From assembly GCA_023137195.1 (NCBI GenBank), contig JAGLPV010000049.1, positions 1-10,289 of the forward strand: DNA of 10,289 bases, read 5' to 3'. The notes under the pieces are model-generated. The model made no database searches, had not been told where the DNA came from, and saw only the letters and a list, made by a program, of their open reading frames with translations. Within the stretch, counting starts at the first letter, position 1; every line of letters begins with the position of its first letter. Position numbers and translations under genes: made by a program. Of this stretch, positions 1 to 6,235 are shown one piece after another. Origin of the DNA: Candidatus Aenigmatarchaeota archaeon (GTDB lineage Archaea > EX4484-52).

Positions 1-20
1 TTTTTAATTAAGTGTCAAAC

Positions 21-206
21 TTAGGTTACAGCATCTTCTCCGCTGATAAATATCTCATCAAGAGGAATTTCATCCGTTGCTATCTCGACTTCAGACAATC
101 CAAAGTTTGTTATTGCATCCGCTCCGGAAATGGTTATCTCTGCTGATGCAAAAACACCAAAAGCCAGCAAAGTCAACAGACAGGCAAATAGTATACAGGT
201 TTTCAT
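21..206 (-). CDS. Small secreted acidic protein (61 aa) with an internal 11-aa repeat; possibly a truncated remnant
   Basis: Sec-type signal peptide MKTCILFACLLTLLAFGVFASA (A-S-A cleavage site); acidic mature part with EITISGADAIT / EIFISGEDAVT; starts 7 bp after the stop of the upstream gene. Confidence 0.6.
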   Translation of the reverse strand: MKTCILFACLLTLLAFGVFASAEITISGADAITNFGLSEVEIATDEIPLDEIFISGEDAVT

Positions 207-213
207 ATCTATT

Positions 214-972
214 TTATGAATAAATCAAGATGCTTGCAACGCCAGCCCAGCCATTGCGAGGAATGCCGTAAAATCTTATTGTATGTGGTTCTCCAAGTGT
301 AAAGTAAGTTCCATATGCACCACATCCCATCCAAGTTACCTCGCCTCTCTTTACACCATCTATATACAAATTTGTGCGTAGATAAGTATTATAATAATCA
401 CCACTGCCAACCAATGAAAAAACCGCTTCATAAAGAGTATAATTAGCCGGCATCAAAATAGTCGTATAATCATATCCGTTGGTAATCCTTGTGTTTGCAA
501 ATATCTTTATCTTATCTGCATTAGGATATTTAAAATCATAATATTCTACATTGCCTTCAATTTCAGTATAATTAACATCAATTACAGTGCACATTCTGCT
601 TATTGCATCAGACATTGTCGTTCGCTCAAAAACAGGATTGCTTAGATTGATGCCAGACCATTGTATCATTTTCCCTCTTTGTTCATCTCTTTTTAAATAT
701 GCAACAATCCAGCCATCTGTATCTACATATACTCGCAACACATCCGATCCGCCACTAACCCCATTACCAATAGAAATAAGACCAATTGCATGAGTTTCAC
801 TAAGCTCTTCTATCTGGTAATATGCTCCTACTACATCTTCAAGATTTATGCTCCCTCCAACATTAACATAAGCACTAATCCCTGCCTCATCTTGAGGAAA
901 CGCATTTCCGGCATCTGCCGATACAACCCCTGCCAGAAGCAGAATTGTCATTAAAAATATAGTTTTATTCAT
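214..972 (-). CDS. Secreted hypothetical protein (~252 aa)
   Basis: Long ORF (track 214..993). ATG at 972 gives a clean signal peptide MNKTIFLMTILLLAGVVSA-DA and removes the overlap with the upstream gene; ATG 978 is an alternative start. Y/G/N-rich, probably beta-rich C-terminal half. No family recognised. Confidence 0.8.
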   Translation of the reverse strand: MNKTIFLMTILLLAGVVSADAGNAFPQDEAGISAYVNVGGSINLEDVVGAYYQIEELSETHAIGLISIGNGVSGGSDVLRVYVDTDGWIVAYLKRDEQRGKMIQWSGINLSNPVFERTTMSDAISRMCTVIDVNYTEIEGNVEYYDFKYPNADKIKIFANTRITNGYDYTTILMPANYTLYEAVFSLVGSGDYYNTYLRTNLYIDGVKRGEVTWMGCGAYGTYFTLGEPHTIRFYGIPRNGWAGVASILIYS

Positions 973-982
973 ATTCATCACT

Positions 983-1159
983 TTAATCATCAATAAACGG
1001 CGGCTTTTTCAGCGGTATCGTAACAGCATTACTCCCACTATCTTTTGTCGAATTTACAACAGAATCCACAATAGAAATATTATCAATACTATTTTTCGTA
1101 TCAACACCCACCTCAACACACCCCGACACAACAAACAAAACCAATATCAAAATTTTCAT
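983..1159 (-). CDS. Small lipoprotein (58 aa)
   Basis: From ATG 1159: MKILILVLFVVSG-C, a charged N-terminus, hydrophobic stretch and lipobox VSGC; then an S/N/D-rich linker and C-terminal IPLKKPPFIDD. The track start at 1237 is probably over-extended. Confidence 0.65.
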   Translation of the reverse strand: MKILILVLFVVSGCVEVGVDTKNSIDNISIVDSVVNSTKDSGSNAVTIPLKKPPFIDD

Positions 1160-1185
1160 TGCGCATAAACCATACCTTGCGTCGA

Positions 1186-1192
1186 ATTTAAA
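1186..1192 (-). promoter_or_regulatory. Possible TATA box for the lipoprotein/secreted-protein genes
   Basis: Minus-strand TTTAAAT about 27-33 nt upstream of ATG 1159; weak evidence in an AT-rich genome. Confidence 0.3.
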
Positions 1193-1291
1193 CACGTTCA
1201 TAATATTTTTCGTCAAAAAAATTCGCTTGTAACTCATACCATCTCTCTTTTTGTTACCATTAAAAGATGGTGAATTATAAAAAATAAGCGT

Positions 1292-1945
1292 TTATTTCAA
1301 TGCCAATTCTATAGGAATTATGACCAAATCCCCTCCATAGACAGCATCTCCATCAACATAAGCCTCCTCGCTTCTTATCAACAAAGTAGATTTTCCTGAG
1401 GCAGCACCATTTCCTTTTATTACTAATTTCACTTTTTTCCCCCCGGTTGTCGTCAAATCATCCAATTCCCTATAGGCAAGCCGAAATGTAATAAAATACT
1501 CGTCTCCAGTAGGATGCGCCCGTGCAAGCAAAACCCCTGGGTCGTCAATCCCCATTCTACCTGCCCCTGTCTCTTCAGGCGTTCCATTAACCCCCCACAT
1601 GTTTGACCCGGACACAGGAATCCATTCCTCTGAAGTTATATGCGTAACCGGACTCTTGAAAGAATAATAAAAACTATTGGTTTTTTCATCTATCTTCAAT
1701 TCCCCGTCAATATTCAGTATAACATTAGTTTGCCCGCCATTCAGCAGAACATTTGATATTTCTTCATTTATATTAGTCAATTGAGATTGCGCCGCCTTTA
1801 TTTTAGAATTACTGGAACTCTTCTCTATTACAGGAACGCCCCACATATACGCAACTCCTGTAGAAAATATAATTATTGCCGCAACAAGCATATAAGCCAC
1901 AAGTTCAGTTTGTGCTTTCCTGTTTTTTTTTAACTCAAGAAACAT
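1292..1945 (-). CDS. Archaeal type IV pilin-like protein with class III signal peptide (217 aa)
   Basis: From ATG 1945: MFLELKKNRKA|QTELVAYMLVAAIIIFSTGVAYMWG, a basic leader, K-A|Q cleavage site of the PibD/FlaK type and an N-terminal hydrophobic helix, followed by an amphipathic helix and a beta-rich domain. Start supported by the BRE/TATA at 1966-1980. Confidence 0.8.
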   Translation of the reverse strand: MFLELKKNRKAQTELVAYMLVAAIIIFSTGVAYMWGVPVIEKSSSNSKIKAAQSQLTNINEEISNVLLNGGQTNVILNIDGELKIDEKTNSFYYSFKSPVTHITSEEWIPVSGSNMWGVNGTPEETGAGRMGIDDPGVLLARAHPTGDEYFITFRLAYRELDDLTTTGGKKVKLVIKGNGAASGKSTLLIRSEEAYVDGDAVYGGDLVIIPIELALK

Positions 1946-1965
1946 AATAATATATCCAATTAATG

Positions 1966-1980
1966 TTTTTATATGTTTCG
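1966..1980 (-). promoter_or_regulatory. Archaeal BRE + TATA promoter of the pilin-like gene
   Basis: Minus strand CGAAACATATAAAAA; TATAAAAA (1973-1966) lies 21-28 nt upstream of ATG 1945, the spacing expected for a leaderless or short-leader archaeal transcript. Confidence 0.55.
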
Positions 1981-2037
1981 TTATAATCCACAAGAACAGA
2001 AGAAGATAATAAATAATTTCTTACCCGTTCCGTGGGT

Positions 2038-2129
2038 CATTCAACAAAGTTGAATGTGCAAAAAAGCCCTACTTCATCTGTCTTGGACAGATGTGCAGAA
2101 AATCATAGAGATTTTTCCGCATTTTCGCA
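2038..2129. mobile_element. Putative miniature double-hairpin element, outer copy (45 nt once the inner copy is removed)
   Basis: CATTCAAC-AAA-GTTGAATG (2038-2056, perfect 8-bp stem), then TGCAAAAAAG-CCCTA-CTT[inner copy]TTTTCGCA. The palindromes are seen directly; mobility is inferred. Confidence 0.55.
2075..2121. mobile_element. Putative miniature double-hairpin element, inner copy (47 nt)
   Basis: CATCTGTC-TTG-GACAGATG (2075-2093, perfect 8-bp stem) abutting TGCAGAAAATC-ATAGA-GATTTTTCCGCA (2094-2121, imperfect stem); same architecture as the outer copy. Confidence 0.55.
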
Positions 2130-2177
2130 TCCGTGCGTCCCGTGGATTAAAAGCAGTTTCTTACGCATCCCGTGGAT

Positions 2178-4406
2178 TTATTTGCGCTCCCATTCACAAA
2201 CTTCCTTTATTTTCTTCGCCCTCAGCGTACCAATCCCTTCCACATCCACAAGCTTATCCAAAGAAGCATTCACAATATTCTTTATGCTCTTGAATTTATC
2301 AAGTAGTTTCATACTAATATTCCTGTTAATCCGTGGAAAAGAAGAGATTATCCTCTCCTGTATATCATCACAGCCATCTGTTTTTCTATTAGCATACAAC
2401 TGCACAGACCTGCTTTTTTCCACCTGCTCTCTTTTAGCTAGGTTAATCAGCAATTCACAACTCTGGTCAATATTTTTCGTAAAATAAACAGGAATACGAA
2501 AATCAATCAAAACAGAATTTATCGCCCCCATGACTGCAGAAGGATGTATATTCCGGCTATATTTTAAATCAAGCATATCTCCTTCTCCTTCAATCATCAG
2601 CACAGGACGCAAAAAAGAAGAAGAAAGTGCACTCAACTGCTCAAACAATCTCTTGTCTATAATTGAGTCAACAAAATCATCCACTGTTTTTCTCTCCACC
2701 CCTAGTCGGTCCGACAAGATAAAATCTGCAACCTTAAGCTGGTGTACATCAAGAGAAATATTTTTTCTCGCACTTAATTGAGACAGTTTTTTATTGACCT
2801 GCGTTTCCCGGACATCTGCAACAATAGTTATTTTTTTCTCATCCGCATAATAGTCAAATACAGTCGGTTGCTTTTTAGCCTCCTTCATCACCCCATTTGC
2901 TTCAAATGCATTTTTCATATCTTTTAATGTCTTGTGCATTTTCTTTTCCTTCGCCTTGGACGACCAGAAATATGCCTCATCAATAGTATCTTTTGTTATC
3001 AAAATATACAGGCTGCCTTGTTTTTGCCGCCCGGTCCTTCCTCTCCGCTGTATTGTCCTTATTTCAGAGGGTATCGGCTCATGAAAAATAACAGTATCTA
3101 CCTTGGGAATATCCAGCCCTTCCTCGCCAACAGAAGTTGAGATAAGCACATTATATTCATCATTCCTGAATTTGTTCAATATCTCCATCTGTTGCTTTTG
3201 TGTATTTGAAGCGCGTTGTCCTATAAATTTCACCGCCCTGATTTCACCGCCCTTTTTCGAAGCCAGCCAATCATATATTTGCTCTACAGTATTGACATAC
3301 TGTGCAAAAACAATCGCTTTTTTGTTTTTCCCAATATGTTTCTCAAGAAGTTCCATTATGGTATCCATCTTCGGATGTTGTTCTCCTCGTTCAGAGAGCT
3401 TTTCTATATGAATCAATGCCTTTGCAAAATCTTTGCTGCCAAAAAGAGATTTTACTGCCTTTGTCTGCTCCAGTCTTAATTTATCTGCGTATTGTTTTGC
3501 CTGTACAGCACCCTGCGTTGTCAGGACTTCAGCAAGATAATTCAGTTTGATTAAAGAAGAGATGAGCGACACATAGTTGAAATAAAGAGGATTCTTGTCC
3601 TGCCTTATTTTTTCCATCATATCTCTTTGCAGCATCAACAACTGCTTTTTGGATATTTTTGAGCCAAACACCATCTTTGCATCTCGCAGGGATTTCATGT
3701 ATTTTTCTTTTGATTTTTCAAGCAGTCCAAATGCTGTCTTGTATTGCTCTGTCAGCTCCACAACAATCCATTTCTTGTCTATCGTCTGCACATACGGCTT
3801 TATATCCGGGTCATTTTCCTTCCTGATTTCAATATGCTCAATGAATAGGTTTGCGCACAACTCGTTAATCTTATCTTCATTTGAGCCCGGGGAAGCGGTA
3901 AGAGCAGTCAAAATTTTTCCTTCTCTTCCATCAGACAAATATTTTTTTGCAATAAATGTATAGGCGTAATTTCCTATTGCCCGGTGGGCTTCATCAAAAA
4001 CAATTATAGAATAATCATTCAGATTAATGACGCTTTTTATCAAATCATTTTCTATGACCTGGGGAGTTGCAATTACAATCTGGTGAGATTCATAATCTTC
4101 CTTTCTTTTTTGCGGGCTTATCGCCCCGGTCAAAAGGCATATTTTGGCGATGTCATATTCCAGAAAATCTTCAAGGCTTTTTTTATGCTGCTCTGCCAGG
4201 GGCTTGGTCGGAGCAAGAAGAAGAACCTTTTTTTCCGGGTAATTTTCAAGCCGTTGCGCAACCAACCCAATTGCAATAATTGTTTTTCCAATGCCCGTTG
4301 GAAGCACCACAAGAGAATTCTTGTCTTTGCATGAGCGTATAATAGATTCCTGATAATATCTTTTTTCTATTTTGTCTTTTTTTAAGAAGGGATGCTCTAA
4401 ATGCAT
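2178..4406 (-). CDS. hef: Hef: FANCM/Mph1-like SF2 helicase fused to an ERCC4/XPF nuclease
   Basis: Q-motif RYYQ, Walker A LPTGIGKT, APTKPLAEQH, DEAH box, TAS motif III, SVGEEGLDIP, motif VI QRRGRTGR; C-terminal ERCC4 domain (DVRE...ADF...VERKTVDDF) and HhH motif (VEGIG). Confidence 0.95.
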   Translation of the reverse strand: MHLEHPFLKKDKIEKRYYQESIIRSCKDKNSLVVLPTGIGKTIIAIGLVAQRLENYPEKKVLLLAPTKPLAEQHKKSLEDFLEYDIAKICLLTGAISPQKRKEDYESHQIVIATPQVIENDLIKSVINLNDYSIIVFDEAHRAIGNYAYTFIAKKYLSDGREGKILTALTASPGSNEDKINELCANLFIEHIEIRKENDPDIKPYVQTIDKKWIVVELTEQYKTAFGLLEKSKEKYMKSLRDAKMVFGSKISKKQLLMLQRDMMEKIRQDKNPLYFNYVSLISSLIKLNYLAEVLTTQGAVQAKQYADKLRLEQTKAVKSLFGSKDFAKALIHIEKLSERGEQHPKMDTIMELLEKHIGKNKKAIVFAQYVNTVEQIYDWLASKKGGEIRAVKFIGQRASNTQKQQMEILNKFRNDEYNVLISTSVGEEGLDIPKVDTVIFHEPIPSEIRTIQRRGRTGRQKQGSLYILITKDTIDEAYFWSSKAKEKKMHKTLKDMKNAFEANGVMKEAKKQPTVFDYYADEKKITIVADVRETQVNKKLSQLSARKNISLDVHQLKVADFILSDRLGVERKTVDDFVDSIIDKRLFEQLSALSSSFLRPVLMIEGEGDMLDLKYSRNIHPSAVMGAINSVLIDFRIPVYFTKNIDQSCELLINLAKREQVEKSRSVQLYANRKTDGCDDIQERIISSFPRINRNISMKLLDKFKSIKNIVNASLDKLVDVEGIGTLRAKKIKEVCEWERK

Positions 4407-4445
4407 AATTTATTCCTTGCCAGAGATAACGTAGAGTTGTTATTA

Positions 4446-4985
4446 TTATTCTTCGCTTACTTCTTCCTTTTTTTTCCTTGATAAAATTCCAAGCACGACA
4501 TTTAATTTTGCGCCGTCAAGTATGCTGTTTATTGCCAGGTTGCATATATATACATCTCTGGCTCTCCCAACAATGCTTATTGATTTTCCATAGATGCTTA
4601 TTTTTGTGCAGCTAATATTTTCCAGCTTTTCTTTTATTGCCCCGTCTTTGCCGATTATTCTTGCCTTTTGCCTTAAATTGTATTTTTTATTTTTGCCAAG
4701 ATTGATTGTATGGAAAGCATAATCTCCCCTCAGGAGAACAGAAGCTACATCACTTGAAAATCCTCTTGAAATAGCCTTTATAATGTCCGTCAATTTCTGG
4801 TAAGCATCATAGTCATTTAAAAAACACATCACTGTCCCGTCTTTGCCGTCAATCACAAGTTTCGCGTTTAATTTCGCTTCTATTTCTCTTTTAAAAGACC
4901 CGCCCTTTCCAATCAAGGCGCCAACACGCAGGGGCGATATTTTTATGACCTCGTTAATTATGTATTTTTCATTTTTTATTTCCAT
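4446..4985 (-). CDS. dim2: Archaeal tandem-KH RNA-processing protein (Dim2/Pno1/Krr1 family)
   Basis: 179 aa with two KH GxxG loops (RVGALIGKGG, RIIGKDG), IIKAISRGFS linker and ISIYGKSISIVG, as in archaeal Dim2/Pno1. Confidence 0.88.
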   Translation of the reverse strand: MEIKNEKYIINEVIKISPLRVGALIGKGGSFKREIEAKLNAKLVIDGKDGTVMCFLNDYDAYQKLTDIIKAISRGFSSDVASVLLRGDYAFHTINLGKNKKYNLRQKARIIGKDGAIKEKLENISCTKISIYGKSISIVGRARDVYICNLAINSILDGAKLNVVLGILSRKKKEEVSEE

Positions 4986-5022
4986 TTTTATTTTAGCTTA
5001 CTTTTAGAGGACATGATATTTT

Positions 5023-6183
5023 TTAAATTGAATCTGCAAGTTTTTTTGCCAAATTAGTATGTTCCCAGCTAAATTCTTTTTCACTTCTTCCCATGTGCCC
5101 GTAACTGGCTGTTGCCGAATATATTGGTCTTTTCAGGTCAAGCATCTCTATTATTCCCTTGGGAGTTAGTTTAAATAAATCTCTTACAATCCCTGAAAGT
5201 TTTTCAGAAGAATGCTCAGATGTTCCGAATGTGTCTACCATCACAGAAACGGGTTCTGCAACGCCAATGACATAGGCAATCTGCACAAGGCATTTTTGAG
5301 CCAAACATGCAGCCACTATATTTTTTGCAATATATCTTGCCATGTATGCTCCGGACCGGTCTACTTTTGTAGGATCCTTTCCGCTGAATGCTCCTCCTCC
5401 ATGGGCAACGACGCCGCCATAAGTATCCACTATTATTTTTCTTCCTGTAAGACCGGTATCTGCCGCAGGACCTCCAATCAGGAATTTTCCTGTCGGGTTG
5501 ACATGATAAACAGTATCTTTGGTAAGCATTTGTTCGGGAACAATCGGCTTGATTACAGCGTTTATTATCTGTTTCCTTGCTTCCTCTGTTATTACAGAAT
5601 GGTCTTTTTTGTCCAAAATTTTTTCTGTGTGCTGTGTTGAGACAACAATATTTGTGATTTCTTTTGGTTTGTCGTCTTCATATTTGATACTTACCTGTGT
5701 CTTTCCGTCCGGACCAAGGTAATCTAGGAGTTTTTCTTTCCGTACTTTTGCAAGTTGTCTTGAGAGTTTATGTGCAAGAGAAATAGGCATAGGCATCAGT
5801 TCAGGGGTTTCATCACAGGCATAGCCTATCATTATTCCCTGGTCTCCCGCACCGCCGGTGTCAACACCCTGTGAAATGTCTGGAGATTGTTTTCCTATGA
5901 CATTTATCAGACCGCAGGTATTGGAGTCAAGACCATATATTGAAGAAGTATATCCAATCTGCCTTAGTTTTTTCCTCACCAGTTTGTCGAGGTCAACATA
6001 TGTGTTTGTTGTAATTTCGCCACCTACAATTACCAGACCATTTCCTACGAATGTCTCACAGGCAACCCGTCCGTTTTTGTCTTCGCTTAAAACTTCATCC
6101 AGAACAGCATCTGATATCTGGTCGCAGATTTTATCTGGGTGACCTTCTGTTACAGATTCGCTGGTTATGTATTTGGTTTCCAT
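5023..6183 (-). CDS. metK: S-adenosylmethionine synthetase, bacterial/eukaryotic-type MAT
   Basis: [48 protein letters not shown] and [16 protein letters not shown] signatures; 386 aa. Confidence 0.97.
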   Translation of the reverse strand: METKYITSESVTEGHPDKICDQISDAVLDEVLSEDKNGRVACETFVGNGLVIVGGEITTNTYVDLDKLVRKKLRQIGYTSSIYGLDSNTCGLINVIGKQSPDISQGVDTGGAGDQGIMIGYACDETPELMPMPISLAHKLSRQLAKVRKEKLLDYLGPDGKTQVSIKYEDDKPKEITNIVVSTQHTEKILDKKDHSVITEEARKQIINAVIKPIVPEQMLTKDTVYHVNPTGKFLIGGPAADTGLTGRKIIVDTYGGVVAHGGGAFSGKDPTKVDRSGAYMARYIAKNIVAACLAQKCLVQIAYVIGVAEPVSVMVDTFGTSEHSSEKLSGIVRDLFKLTPKGIIEMLDLKRPIYSATASYGHMGRSEKEFSWEHTNLAKKLADSI

Positions 6184-6205
6184 AGTAGTATCTTAAAAGA
6201 AAGTA

Positions 6206-6216
6206 AATTTATAATT
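6206..6216. promoter_or_regulatory. Putative shared bidirectional TATA box between metK and the flippase
   Basis: AATTTATAATT with palindromic core TTATAA (6209-6214) in a 52-bp divergent gap, about 26 nt from the metK ATG and 22 nt from the flippase ATG, with A-rich BRE-like tracts upstream on both strands. Confidence 0.5.
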
Positions 6217-6235
6217 GTTTGTTTTGTAGGGGGAT

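Larger units (their letters stand above)
2017..2178. repeat. Degenerate direct repeats with a CCGTG/CACGG core
   Basis: TTTCTTACCCGTTCCGTGGGT (2017-2037) vs TTTCTTACGCATCCCGTGGAT (2157-2177), 17/21 identical; GCGTCCCGTGGATT (2135-2148) vs GCATCCCGTGGATT (2165-2178), 13/14 identical. Confidence 0.8.

Noticed and set aside
1160-1237. N-terminal extension of the lipoprotein ORF
   Set aside because: It would put the lipobox Cys at residue 40; ATG 1159 gives a canonical signal. Not fully excluded.
1238-1271. Inverted repeat ACCATCT...AGATGGT downstream of the pilin-like gene
   Set aside because: Only 7 bp with a 20-nt spacer; could be a terminator or operator but is not distinguishable from chance.
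1946-1993. N-terminal extension of the pilin-like ORF from the track start at 1993
   Set aside because: It spans the BRE/TATA element; ATG 1945 gives a typical short class III leader.
2038-2093. DGR cis-acting hairpins (8-bp stem, short loop)
   Set aside because: No reverse transcriptase, no TR/VR pair with adenine-specific mismatches, no CLec-type target, and the loops are not GRA/GRNA.
2017-2178. CRISPR mini-array or tRNA
   Set aside because: Repeats are degenerate and irregularly spaced, the intervening DNA is itself palindromic, no cas genes are present, and there is no cloverleaf or T-loop consensus.
2032-4334. Plus-strand ORFs opposite hef and the nested 4130-4312 ORF
   Set aside because: Shadow frames of a well-supported gene with no recognisable motifs; 2032..2487 and 2054..2293 also run through the repeat element.
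6228-6234. AGGGGGA as the flippase Shine-Dalgarno site
   Set aside because: It ends only 1 nt before the ATG, and the TATA spacing favours a leaderless transcript.
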